Shown here piece after piece: positions 1-13,297 of a stretch of 64,000 nucleotides of DNA (positions are counted from its first letter, which is position 1; every line of letters starts with the position of its first letter). Under the pieces are notes generated by a model that had not been told where the DNA came from, ran no database searches, and saw nothing but the letters and a program-made list of their open reading frames with translations. The stretch covers positions 79,918,001 through 79,982,000 of the forward strand of contig JAGIQG010000008.1 of assembly GCA_024679065.1 (NCBI GenBank), read 5' to 3'. The translations under genes and the position numbers were made by a program. The DNA comes from Sphyrna mokarran (lineage: Eukaryota).

Positions 1-3000
1 CCAACCCAGTTTATATAAGTCTCAATCCAACCCAGTTTATATAGTCTCAATTCAACCCAGTTTATATAGTCTCAATCCAACCCAGTTTATATAGTCTCAA
101 ACCGACCCAGTTTATTTAGTCTCAATCCAACCCAGTTTATATAAGTTACAATCCAACCCAGTTTATATAAGTTACAATCCAACCCAGTTTATATAAGTCT
201 CAATCCAACCCAGTTTATATAGTCTCAATTCAACCCAGTTTATTTAGTCTCAATCCAAACCAGTTAATATAGCCTCAATCCAACCCAGTTTATATTGTCT
301 CAATCCAACCCAGTTTATTTAGTCTCAATCCAACCCAGTTTATATAGTCTCAATCCAACCAAGTTTATATAGTCTCAATCCAACCCAGTTTATATAAGTC
401 TCAATCCAGCCCAGTTTATATAATTCTCAATCCAACCCAGTTTATTTAGTCTCAATCCAACCCAGTTTATATAAGTCTCAATCCAACCCAGTTTATATAA
501 GTCTCAATCCAACTCAGTTTATTTAGTCTCAATCCAACCCAGTTTATATAAGTCTCAATCCAACCCAGTTTATATAGTCTCAATCCAACCTGGTTTATAT
601 AGTTTCAATCCAACTCAGTTTATATAAGTCTCAATCCAACCCAATTTATACAGTCTCAATCCAACCCAGTTTATATAGGTCTCAATCCAACCCAGTTTAT
701 ATAAGTCTCGATCCAACCCAGTTTATATAAGTCTCAATCCAACCCAGTTTATATAAGTCTCCATCCAACCCAGTTTATATAAGTCTCAATCCAACCCAGT
801 TTATATAAGTCTCAATCCAACCCAGTTTATATAGTCTCAATCCAACCCAGTTTATATAGTCTCAATCCAACCCAGTTTATATCATCTCAATCCAACCCAG
901 TTTATATAGTCTCAATCCACCCCAGTATATATAGTCTCAATCCAACCCAGTTTATATAGTGTTAATCCAACCCAGTTTATATAAGCCTCAATCCAACCCA
1001 GTTTATACAGTCTCAATCCAACCCAGTTTATATAGTTTCAATCCAACCTAGTTTATATAAGTCTCAACCCAACCCAGTTTATATAAGTCTCAATCCAACC
1101 CAGTTTATACAGTCTCAATCCAACCCAGTTTATATAGTTTCAATCCAACCCAGTTTATATAAGTCTCAACCCAACCCAGTTTATATAAGTCTCAACCCAA
1201 CCCAGTTTATATAAGTCTCAATCCAACCCAGTTTATATAAGTCTCGATCCAACCCAGTTTATGTAAGTCTCAATCCAACCTAGTTTATATAGTCTCAATC
1301 CAACCCAGTTTATATAGTCTCAATCCAACCCAGTTTATATAAGTCTCCATCCAACCCAGTTTATATAAGTCTCAATCCAACCCAGTTTACATAAGTCTCA
1401 ATCCAACCCAGTTTATATAAGTCTCAATCCAACCCAGTTTATATAGTCTCAATCCAACCCAGTTTATATAATCTCAATCCAACCCAGTTTATATAGTCTC
1501 AATCCAACCCAGTTTATATAGTCTCAAACCGACCCAGTTTATTTAGTCTCAATCCAACCCAGTTTATATATCTCAATCCAACCCAGTTTATATAAATCTC
1601 AATCCAACCCAGTTTATGTAGTCTCAATCCAACCCAGTTTATATAGTCTCAATCCAACCCAGTTTATATAGTCTCAATCCAACCCAGTTTATATAGTCTC
1701 AATCCAACCCAGTTTATATAGTCTCAATCCAATCCGGTTTATATAGTATTAATGCAACGCAGTTTATATAGTCCCAAACCAACCTAATTTATATAGTCTG
1801 AATCCAATCCATTTAATATAGTTTCTATCCAATCCAGTTTATACAGTTTCAATCCAATCTGGCTTATATAGTCTCAGTCCAACCCAGTTTATATAGTCTC
1901 AATCCAACCCAGTTTATATAAGTCTCAATCCAATCCAGTTTATATAGTCTCAGTCCAACCCTGTTTATATAAGTCTCAGTCCAACCCTGTTTATATAAGT
2001 CTCAATCCAACCCAGTCTATTTAGTCTCAATCCAACCCAGTTTGTTTCGTCTCAATCCAATCCAGTTCTCTAGTCTCAATCCAATCCAGTTCTCTAATCT
2101 CAATCCAATCCAGTTTTCTAGTCTCAATCCAATCCAGTTTTCTAGTCTCAATCCAATCCAGTTCTCTAGTCTCAATCCAATCCAGTTCTCTAGTCTCAAT
2201 CCAATCCAGTTTATTTAGTTTCAATCCAATCCAGTTTATATAGTCTCAATCCAACCCAGTTTATATAGTCTCAATCCAACCCAGTTTATATAATCTCAAT
2301 CCAACCCAGTTTATATAGTCTCAATCCAACCCAGTTTATATAGTCTCAAACCGACCCAGTTTATTTAGTCTCAATCCAACCCAGTTTATATATCTCAATC
2401 CAACCCAGTTTATATAAATCTCAATCCAACCCAGTTTATGTAGTCTCAATCCAACCCAGTTTATATAGTCTCAATCCAACCCAGTTTATATAGTCTCAAT
2501 CCAACCCAGTTTATATAGTCTCAATCCAACCCAGTTTATATAGTCTCAATCCAATCCGGTTTATATAGTATTAATGCAACGCAGTTTATATAGTCCCAAA
2601 CCAACCTAATTTATATAGTCTGAATCCAATCCATTTAATATAGTTTCTATCCAATCCAGTTTATACAGTTTCAATCCAATCTGGCTTATATAGTCTCAGT
2701 CCAACCCAGTTTATATAGTCTCAATCCAACCCAGTTTATATAAGTCTCAATCCAATCCAGTTTATATAGTCTCAGTCCAACCCTGTTTATATAAGTCTCA
2801 GTCCAACCCTGTTTATATAAGTCTCAATCCAACCCAGTCTATTTAGTCTCAATCCAACCCAGTTTGTTTCGTCTCAATCCAATCCAGTTCTCTAGTCTCA
2901 ATCCAATCCAGTTCTCTAATCTCAATCCAATCCAGTTTTCTAGTCTCAATCCAATCCAGTTTTCTAGTCTCAATCCAATCCAGTTCTCTAGTCTCAATCC

Positions 3001-3551
3001 AATCCAGTTCTCTAGTCTCAATCCAATCCAGTTTATTTAGTTTCAATCCAATCCAGTTTATATAGTCTCAATCCAATCCGGTTTATATAGTCTCAATCCA
3101 ATCCAGTTTATATAGTACTAATGCAACGCAGTTTATATAGTCCCAAACCAATCTAATTTATATAGTCTGAATCCAATCCATTTAATATAGTTTCAATCCA
3201 ATCCATTTAATATAGTTTCAATCCAATCCAGTTTATACAGTTTCAATCCAATTTATGTAGATTCAACCCAGTTTATGTAGTCTCAATTCAATTAGTTTAT
3301 TTAGTGTCAATCCAATCCCCAATCCAGTCAATATAGGCTCAATCCAATCCAGTTTATTTAGCCTCAATCCATTCCTGTTTATATAGTCTCAATCCATTCC
3401 TGTTTATATAGTCTCAATCCAATCCAGTTAATATAGTTTCAATCCAATCCAGTTAATATAGTCTCAATCCAACGCAGTTTATATAGTTTGAATCCAATCC
3501 AGTTAGTACACTTTCAATCCATTCCAGTTTACATAGTCTCAATCCAACCCG
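1..3551. repeat. Satellite array of 24-26 bp units (AGTCTCAATCCAACCCAGTTTATAT[A]) in the TPH1 intron after coding exon 5; truncated by the window edge
   Basis: Directly visible tandem units (roughly 140). Includes an 822 bp higher-order duplication and decays toward the right end. Confidence 0.98.
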
Positions 3552-4006
3552 TACGATTATACTGTTGTTTTGAGGATGCACATTTGTGGCCTTAACATTG
3601 GGACAGAAAGTTTTTACATACTTGCTGTGTAAGAATTATCATATCTATCCTTACAGAACAATGCAGGTGAAATTTTACCCTTGGTGCCATTCTGGATTTG
3701 GAACTGTTTAGTGCTGATACTGGGTGTATGAAATGGAAAACTATCCAATCCCCATCTCAAAATCTCGCATAATAAGCACAAAACTCAATATGAGAAAAAA
3801 TAGATTAAAAATTCCTTCCCACTCCACACTCTGCCTCCAACCCTTTCTCTCTGCTGTAGCTTTTGCTGATTCCTGAGGAACCGTACAAAAGTTAGCCTTA
3901 TGAATTACTAAACTGCAAGTTAGCATTCTGACACAACAAAAAGAAAGGAATTCCCATCTGAGCAAATGAGATGGTTTACATCGTAGGATTGTTATCAACA
4001 CACTTA

Positions 4007-4120
<114 letters not shown>

Positions 4121-4641
4121 CTAAGAGTACCAAAGTGCATTTCAAAAGGCCTGTCAGAATGTAGTGAACTGTTTAGACCTAGGATATCCCAGGTTCAATC
4201 TCTGCCCTGTACTGAAATAGCCAATGTTGCTCCAGGCAGTAGGGTTATCAACATTGGTCACCGCACCCCAGGAATAAGATCAACACATTCCCCATCTCCA
4301 TCTATTGGCATCCCCTGCCCCCCAAACCTCTCCTCCAGCTCCAGCTGCAAAGTGGGTTTCAAATCAGAGGGGAATTAGTTCAAATGACCCATAGACTGAC
4401 ACGATTGTAGCTCACATGTGCAGGGCCCGACTTTAACTTTGTGCAAGTGGGTAGATAAAATAATAAAGTAGAACCTCAACAAAAGAGTGACCATTGGATG
4501 AAGTGAGAGAGATCTGGCTAGAAACAGTCACAATCCAGAGGAAGGGAGAAAGCACAAGCAAAGAAGAAACAAAAGCTCAGCAAAAGCAAAAAAAAGTATC
4601 AGTTTGGAATTAGCCATACTGCCACATTCTCTAAACCATGC

Positions 4642-4894
4642 CACAGAAGCATAGAATCCCTAGGTGATTTGACCCATTAAGCCTGCACCTATAAAATCCC
4701 AGTCAGACACTACATCCATAACTCCAGGTATTTACCCTTCTAATCCCCCCAACCTGCACATCTTGGGACACCACAAACGCACGCAGGCATGTGAAGAATG
4801 TGCAAACTCATACAGACAGTCACCCAAGGCCACAATTGAACCTGGGACCCTGCTATGAAGCAGCAGTGCCAGCCACTGCACTACCATGCCATCC
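4642..4894 (-). mobile_element. HE1/V-SINE-type tRNA-derived SINE, internally deleted
   Basis: Reverse complement shows a tRNA-like head with GGTTCAATT B-box, the GAGTTTGCACATTCT core and a GGGATTCTATG tail. Confidence 0.85.
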
Positions 4895-5495
4895 ATTGAG
4901 AACACTGAGACATAGACAGCTCCCAACACTGGAAGAACACATTGTAGTCATTATTGTTAATATAGTCTCTGATACCAAGGAGAAATTAGTGAATCCTCGT
5001 AGGAAGAAAGATCTGTGAATAAAATTTATCCAGTTCACTATCATATGGTTTAAAACTGGGCAAGTGCTGAATAGTTTCCTGCCCTTTCAGCTCAAAGGGT
5101 CAATTCTGCATTTTTTTAAAACACTTTATCAGAAGGGTGTTTTAATTTTTCAATTAAAATATTATCATTCATTAGATGTCTGCTGCAAAATAAAGCATTC
5201 TATTCCCAACACTGATATTCCTGAACACAGGAATTCATCTTAAAATTCAAAGTGCACCACTGTATTTATTCTTGAATGTCAGCTCTACTTCTATAACTTT
5301 TACAGAACAATTACCCGCTGGGAGAGGGGATATCAACATTAAACCATCATGAACACTTCCCAGTTCCCAACTAAGGAGTGGCATAAACATCATTGTGACA
5401 ATATTTTATGTAAAGTATCCAAACAGAGCTGAAGAAAATAAATAGGAGAAGAGATGAGTTTCCCCCCCCCACTCCACCCCCTTGGCATTTCATAC

Positions 5496-5596
5496 CGGGT
5501 GATCTGCATCTAGATCCGAGCCGTACATCAGCACCCGGTTTGCACACTTATCCAGATCTGTGATCTTCTTTGGAAACCAGGGAATATTCTCCATCT
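5496..5596 (-). CDS. TPH1: TPH1 coding exon 4 ((E)[33 protein letters not shown]); absent from the ORF track
   Basis: Hand translation. Acceptor ttgtctccctgcag|AG, donor CCG|GTATGA, 101 nt (phase 1 to 0). PWFP and DADHP motifs of aromatic amino acid hydroxylases. Confidence 0.98.
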
Positions 5597-5769
5597 CTGC
5601 AGGGAGACAAATAACTAAATTACACAGCAACTCCACAATCATATCACATTAAGCAAATGGGCAAGAAAGAAAAACAGCAGCTGCTCACCATTTACACATA
5701 TTTCAGAGAGGGGCAATATTTACACAGAGAAACGAAAGGTTTGGGAAGTTGGTGATGATTCTATAGCTC

Positions 5770-5963
5770 CCCATAATCCCAGGTATTTAGACTGCGATTT
5801 AGCATGGCCAATCAAACTAACCCACACTTAGGGGGAAATTGGAGCACCCAGAGGAAACCCAGCAGACATGGGGAGAACTTCACACAGATAGTGACCCGAA
5901 GTTGCAATCGTTGATGTTGTGAGATTTCTTGCTGTGAGGCAACAGTGCTAACCACTTTGCTGC
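5770..5963 (-). mobile_element. HE1/V-SINE-type SINE fragment
   Basis: GTGGTTAGCACTGTTGCCTCACAGC head and GGGTTTCCTCTGGGTGCTCC core on the minus strand. Confidence 0.8.
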
Positions 5964-6829
5964 TCAGGCTGGAACAAAAACTGGTGGAGTTTTGTCCACA
6001 CCCAGTCTGCCCGATCTGTGCTTGATGCTGCACTCCATCACTCTAGCCATGGGAGCAGCAGCAGCTAGGCAAGATGGGAACAAGGAACTTTCACCTCCCT
6101 AAGATGCACCTTGTACTCAAGGAAAGGAGGTACTGTTAGACATTCAGAGGGAGGAACAGTGCCATTCAGACACCTAAGCCTCTCCAAAGGTTCCTTGCTG
6201 TTCTGCCTCCCTTTTACCAGTGACACTATCACCTCCAACACGTCAGTCCAAGCATGGTGTACCTGCACCAGAGCAGTAAACCGTTAGCAAACCGGAGCCC
6301 ACTAGGCCTTGGGCTATCAGAGTCATGGTCAACAGGGTATAGCAGTCAGAGGGCTGCTTCTACCTCAGCTATGGATATCAGGGTTGCATCTAGGCATAGC
6401 AATAGAAAAAGGAAAGGAAAAAAATTGAAGGCACATAGCTGGAATGGGTGTCCAATTTTTAATTACACATGATTCACACTTCTAAAGTATGTTTAATTAC
6501 ACTGTATCCAGGTTTGTTGTATTTTCATTATGCTGCTAATTGCTCCAATAATCACATGGATTTAAGGGCTTTGCATTTCATTCCCCATTAGATCCCAATG
6601 AAGCTGTTCCACCGATACACCATTTATTATTTCACAGCGTTAGTGTCACCACTGAGTATCCCAACAAGAGTGTGTTTGAGCCTTGGAATTCATGAATGTG
6701 CAGCCTAGATGCACATCAGGCAGCCCAGCAGGTATCACTAAGCCAGTCTGGAGCACTCAGAGAATGCTGTCTACAGCCGTCATTGCATATGCAGCTGTTG
6801 TCCTGGTGTCAGTTGAGGAGAATGCAAAG

Positions 6830-7225
6830 AGGCCTCAAAGGCAGACAGACAGGTTATGTGAGTGGCCAGAAATTTGGCAGATAGAGTTTGAGGGTCAAAA
6901 GTATAAGGTTTTTCACTGTAGGCCAAGGAATGAAGAAAGCTGGAGTCTTTCCTAGATAGTGAGATAATGAAAAGTATAGCTGCCAAATGGACTGCATCAA
7001 GACCTTTTACACATCTTTAGAGGGTTGATGTTTCCCATGGCTGGGGTATTCAGAACAAGAGGACACAGTCTCAAAGTAAATGCATCATTCCTAATTAAGA
7101 TGTGTAGGAATTTCGACATTCCTAGTATGCTGAGTGTTTTGACATCTCTATCCTATTGAGCAGTGGAAACTCTGTGACTGAGTATGTTTAACAAATAGAT
7201 CAATATTTTTGTAGCTAAAGAGCCA
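6830..7225 (+). mobile_element. Old CR1/HER1 LINE fragments
   Basis: DRLCEW..IWQIEF motif followed by an RTRGHSLK-like 3' ORF2 segment. Confidence 0.7.
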
Positions 7226-8089
7226 GGACCATCAAGAATATTGTTGCCCATTCCCCCAACTCTCCTGGACTCCTTGCAATTTATCCCTGCCTCTCTCCAT
7301 CCTTTCCTGTGGTCCAGCCCCTTGTTTTCACCAGCTTGAGTTATCCATTAATTTACTGCAGCCCCTGACCGATCTGGGATCTCACTGAGACCCATAGTTG
7401 GGAAGCAAACTTGCTGCAGTGTGGGCTTCTCTTAGAGAGAACACACCTGAGCATGGTTCTTAACCTGTTTGACTTGTGATTATTAGGATGTCCCTTTAGT
7501 TAACCAGTTGTATTCAACGTTAACTCCTCCCACCCAAAACACCTCCTTCCCACCATGAAGGATCACACTTTCAGACAATGCGTCACATTTCAGACTCCGC
7601 TCTTCCGCTTGACTCACCAACTTCCCCCATCACCATTGACCCATTTAATATAACCATTCCCCTCCCTACTGTTATTCTTCAGCCTTCTCTCATTGCCCTC
7701 AAGCCTACAACCATCAGCTGACACATACCTTCTCTGCACTGTGAGTCTACACTCATTACCATTATCTTGCCCATCTTGACCCTGATCCCTAAATTCACCA
7801 CCTGTTTTATTCATTTCCTTGACCACTCTGACCCCATTAGACCATGGGCTATCTGACCATGACCCTGGATTTGCCACTGTACAACACCCCACTTCTCCCC
7901 TTCACTGTAACTGTTTCATCTGTCGTCCCCCCCCCCCACCACTGCTGCCTCCCCCCCCCCACCCCCACCCCCGCACACACACACTCAGAATCTTCAGCCT
8001 GTATTTCAACCCCAGGACTTCTCCAAAGACAGCATCAAACACACCTTTTTGGACCATCTCTACAATGTGCCCATTCATTTTCCCCCATA

Positions 8090-8460
8090 CTATTCCTATT
8101 CCAGACAGTCAGGCTTCCTTTCCCAGATTCCTTCCTCATCCCCGTCGGTCTTGCTTCTTTTCCCAGATACCATACCTATCCCAGACAATCTGTCTTCCTT
8201 TACCAGATACCATTCTAATCGGGACAGCCTATCTTCTTTTCCCAGATACCATTCCAATTGGGACAGCCTGTCTTCCTTTCCCAGATACCATTCCAGTCCC
8301 ACCAGAATGGCTTCCTTTCCCAGATACCATTCCAGTCCCACCAGAATGGCTTCCTTTCTCAGATACTATTCCAATCCTGGTCAATCTGCTTCCTTTCCCA
8401 AATACCATTTCAATCCCAGACAGTCTGGCTTCCTTTCCCAGATACTGTTCCAATTCTCTG
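8090..8460. repeat. 39 bp minisatellite (CCAGATACCATTCCAGTCCCACCAGAATGGCTTCCTTTC), about 9-10 diverged copies
   Basis: Visible tandem units; produces the 13-aa periodicity seen in the overlapping ORFs. Confidence 0.92.
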
Positions 8461-9834
8461 GGTTTAGCTGCAATCATTGATGAGTTGTTGTCTTTGTGCT
8501 TGCTTACTTAGCAACACCACCTGCATTCAGACTAGCTGGATTTCTACAGTAACAGGTCAGTGTTGCTGGCTAGAAAAAGCAGTTCAAACTGACGACCTAA
8601 TTAACTAACTGCAGCTGCCTCTCCATTAAAGAGCCTGCTTATACGTAACTAAGACTGAATTAACTTTAATAGTAAAATGTAGTTAAATACTAAATACAAA
8701 CTAGACTAGATTTTTCGAAGAGATTATTCCTTAAAATAATTTCATTCATCAAAGTCCCAAGCTCACATTCTGTCAAGCTGCACTCAGTGAGGAGCCGTTA
8801 TATTCATGCTTGCTTACAAAATGTGGTCACATTTCATATTATTATTGAAGGGTAACATTCCATATTTGTATTGCGACAGAGGCATATTACAATAGATAAT
8901 ATTTTATATTTATATAGATAAAGACACATATAGTACAGATGAACAATATTCTATATAGAGAAAAAATATATAGAGAATTATTTACAGTTCTAAAATGCAA
9001 GGCACTTATAGATGAGTACAATTCCAACTATATAAAGGGGAGACACATTATAGTTTTATTTCACATGTATAAAGAGAAAGGCACATTTTATAGGTTAGTA
9101 ATATTTAGCAGGCATAAAGTATAAGAAACACATTACAGATAGATAATATCTCATATTGATAGACACAGGTACAGATAGAATTGAGTAATATTCTATATTT
9201 GCATAGGGATGTGAACTGACATTTGGGATCAATATTATTCCATATATGAAGAAAGGCATATAAAGTAAAAGAGTAAAATGCCTTACAATTGTAAAAACAA
9301 AGATAGAGATTACAAATAATTAATATTCCTTCGTAATTTAGAGATAGGCTTATAAACATTACAAAGGGCTGACAGTCCATAATTATATGGACAGGCACTA
9401 AGATTAAAACATGCAAAATTTATATTTCAGTATAGACTGGTGCAAACACAGGGAATAATATTCCAATCTTAAATGTGGACATGCAGAGATACCACAGGCA
9501 ATTAATATTGTATATAGAGAGATAACATTGAGTAAAATTCAGAAATTTGCAGAACTGGTCTTATAGTTAATTATTATCAACTTTAAATGTTTCATTTATT
9601 GTCCTTTTACTTTACTATCCCAGCACAACCATTAGTCTTGTTTGAATTCTGCAACATTATATTGGTTGCGTTCATTTTTAAATCCCTTCACACTAACAGC
9701 TTCCTCAGCAGGCTCTATTAGCCCTACATGCCAGTTTGCTTCCAAATCTCTTGACCCTCCTTATCATTTCTCCTTAATCTCTGAGCATTTAACCTTCTCC
9801 TCTGTCCATGCTTCATAAAATCTTATCCTTCATA

Positions 9835-10100
9835 ACCTAGGAATGATGTGAGGAGAAATTTCCTCACCCAAAAAGTATTGAATGTGTAGAATTCATTACC
9901 ACAGGAAGTGTTTTGTGGCCAAAACGTTGTCTGATTTCAAGAAGAAATTAAGATATAGCTCCTGGGGATAAAGGAATCAAGGGATAGGGAGGAAAAGGGA
10001 GGATCAGGATATTGAATTTGATGACCAGCCATGATCATAGTGAATGGAGGAATAAGCTTGAAGGGTCAAATGGCTTACTCCTGCTTCTAGTTTCTGTTTC
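9835..10100 (+). mobile_element. CR1/HER1 LINE 3' end
   Basis: GAGGAGAAATTTCCTCACCCA...GAATGGAGGAATAAGCTTGAAGGGTCAAATGGCTTACTCCTGCTTCTA tail. Confidence 0.8.
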
Positions 10101-10812
10101 TTTTAGCCCCCAAAACTCTTTGTCTTTGACTCTGTTTATTGTTTTGTCCTGATATTGAACATTGATGCACGTTTGAATATTTTACGATATTAAAAGGGAT
10201 TGCATGAATATAGGTACTTGATATAACTTCCTGCTTTATATATAGTTCCTCCAATTTCTCTTGGTAGTGTACTGCAGTATTCAAAATTGAAAATGCATAC
10301 ATTTCTTTTCATTTATAGTTATATTATATCATGTGATACTTATATCTAAGTCTCAAACTATGATATGCATCATTCCTACTCAAACCATGACCTGTGATTA
10401 TCAACATTTCTATTTGTCATCCTGTAAAATTTAGAATTTATTTTGGTATATTTAGTCCGATATGTGTTTTCTATTTGTGTGTTTACTTGCAATGTATCAT
10501 TTCTATTGAGATATTTTACTCTAATATTTATCATCTCTTACACAGTTTCCAATAAAATGTAATCTTTTAATATTTAATTGATATCTAAAATTGCCATTTA
10601 TCTTTTCTATTTAACATTTCAATATGTTACATTATATTTATGCACTAACCATGCATTCAGCAATATTGATCATTTACACAATATTCCCCAGTATAAATAT
10701 ATTCTAAGTATAATTATCCATCAATTAAGTGAAGTAATCTGTATTTGTATATTCTTCTGTAAAAAATATTTCAATTAACATTTACAATGTTGACATTTGC
10801 TGTATCATATAA

Positions 10813-11110
10813 GTTGCTGAAAAGAAATACTTTTTTGTCGAAGCTTTTTGCCTTGCATTCATCAGACCTTTTCACATGAATTCAAACCCAAGGGAGATAA
10901 CAAGTTTATGCTGTACAAGAAGAGATTGCTCCATGGCAGTGTGTCTACCAATCAGCCAGCCAATCAGCACCTGCTTCTCACACAGTATAAATTTGTTATC
11001 CTCCGTGGATTTATACTTTTGCAAAATATCAGGCTGAGTGCAAGACAAAAAGCTTCAATAAAAAAGTCTCTTTTCAGCAATATTCAAGCTCTGTACTACC
11101 AAACAGCTAT
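10813..11110. mobile_element. Palindromic Penelope-like terminal repeat pair with decayed hammerhead cores
   Basis: Arms ~10813-10930 and ~10965-11082 are inverted copies; CTGATGA..GCAAG.C AAAA AGCTTC GAC on the left arm. A related single copy lies at ~13765-13915. Confidence 0.65.
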
Positions 11111-12834
11111 TATTATATATTATATTAATACTGTAATCTGTAACATTTTGTTGATCTGTCTGGCTAGCTGTCTATCTAGCTACCTGTCTACCTTTCTGTC
11201 TATCTGTCTCTTTCTTCCACAGTTCAAAATAATGTCTGATTTTGGAATAATAATGCTGTAATGTTTACAACTGAGAAATTTCCTGTGACATATACATCTT
11301 GCTGCAATTAGAATTTCAAATTATATATTTACAGTAATTAGAATTTTTATTAATAGTATAATATATAGATTTTATATTGTTAATCATTTCAACTTACAAG
11401 TTTACTATAATATTCACAATTTAAAAAATGAATGAATAATATATTATTTTCATTTCAGAATACAAGTATAAATGTATGTATTTAGAATTACATTAATATG
11501 CCTTACTAGAATATTTATATCATATTGTATTCATCATTTTGATTTACAAGTTCCTCTTTAATATTTTGCTTTTATTTTCTAATTATTTGGTTGATGAAAT
11601 ATTTCTTAAAAGGTATTTTAAATGCAGTTTCTTGTAATATATCTTATTTGTATTACATATAATTCCTATTTACACATTCGTCTCAATCATAACTTGTATG
11701 TGTTCATCTTCCTGTAATAGTCATATTTTTTGTTAACAATTCCCCCAATTGTTATTATGTCTGTTGGCATATTTATTTTGGTACATTTATATTTTCTATT
11801 CATATATTTCCTCAACATATATAAAATGCTTATTAAAACATTACTTGTGTCTTTTTATTACATATTTGCAAGTAAATTTTATAAATTGTATTCACATGTT
11901 CCCTCACAATACTTGCAATTTTTATTTGCACGTTTCCCAGAATATCAATATTTTTATGTATTTACCTACAGTACATAAATTCTATTTTAGAATTTGCCAA
12001 TAGCCTTTGCAATTTCTATTACTACGTAACACTGTACACTTTATAATTTCTTTCAAAATATTTTATTGTGTTATAATGACAAAAAAGACATCATTAATGA
12101 GTAGAATTAATTCAGAAAATAAGGTGCTTGAACCACATCAAAGGTGATATGCATTGTAATGCAGCCTCCCTATTGTTTTAGTTATCAATGTAGTCATTGA
12201 CTACATTTTAACTATTTTTTTAAGATTGCATGTTCTCTGATAATATGTTAGGCTGCAGAATGCACTCCTGTCTTAGGCAATCACTTTTTGTATTTATCAT
12301 TTTTTTCAATAACTTTGCAACATTTATTTGAATAAACAGACAGCACATTACAACAGAAAATTAATGCACATGTATACATACCATCAACAACAATGGAATA
12401 AATTTGTACATCTGTATGATAAACAAAATAATTATTTTAACTTACAAATATGCTCAATCTACAAGACCATATTCATGAAAATCTATTCTACAGATGTGGC
12501 GTTGTATATTTTGGATCATAGCTACAAAGAAGTAATTACTAAAAGATACACAAGATGCATTGTCACATAATGTACATGCATAGGTTCATATGCCATTTTA
12601 GATGCAGATTGCTCAATAATAGTGATTCAATTGCAGTGACAAACTGATTAGGATACATACTTATTGACATTCAAATTGTCATAAATTGACACACTAATAG
12701 TGATATGCATGCACACTGACATGCATGCAGATATGCTTATTGTTATTGATACATATTAATATAATTGATCTTTTGAAATGCATACAGACAGTTTCGGCAT
12801 CACACACTCAGTGAAGCATTGACATATTTCTTAC

Positions 12835-13018
12835 CATCTCCTTGTGCATAGGAGTTGTCAGGTGGGTTCGGGGCAACCACCTTAATGTGGCTTTTCAAAA
12901 TCTGGATGATTTCACTAAGCTGCTCCCTGTTACTGTCACAGTCCAAGAAGATCTCAAACTCAGAGTTCCTTCGCTTGGACTTTCGAGACTCAATGTGAAC
13001 CAAGTTCACATGTTTCTC
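12835..13018 (-). CDS. TPH1: TPH1 coding exon 3 (EKHVNLVHIESRKSKRRNSEFEIFLDCDSNREQL...QGD)
   Basis: Acceptor ttcattctctag|GAG, donor G|GTAAGA, 184 nt (phase 0 to 1). HIESRKSKRRNSEFEIF is TPH1-type and contains the RRNS PKA site. Confidence 0.98.
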
Positions 13019-13297
13019 CTAGAGAATGAATAAAGACAATACATAAAATTATGTGGTTTAATGACAAAATACTGAAAATGCACAGTGTGACTATCTTCAT
13101 TTGGAATGTTTTCTTTTCACTCAACTATAATGTTGTTCGGCTGTTTATAATAGGCAGAATGCAGACCGTCCTAACAACAAAGCCAAACAAACACCTACTG
13201 TTAGATGTGATCCTGCAATTGAACAGTACCTGTTCAACAATTCTGAGTATGCTAATAGCAACAACAAATTTAAAATCACCAGTCAAAGTCATAACAA

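Noticed and set aside
2017-3046. Repetitive ORFs (LRLENWIG)n and (ELDWIETR)n
   Set aside because: By-products of the 24 bp satellite variant; no splice signals or protein similarity.
1-3551. CRISPR-like appearance of the array
   Set aside because: Units are head-to-tail with no unique spacers, there are no cas genes, and the context is a vertebrate intron.
7819-8511. 230-aa proline-rich ORF
   Set aside because: Made of C-runs and the 39 bp minisatellite, antisense within a TPH1 intron. The GLSDH near its start may be a LINE endonuclease relic but is too weak to call.
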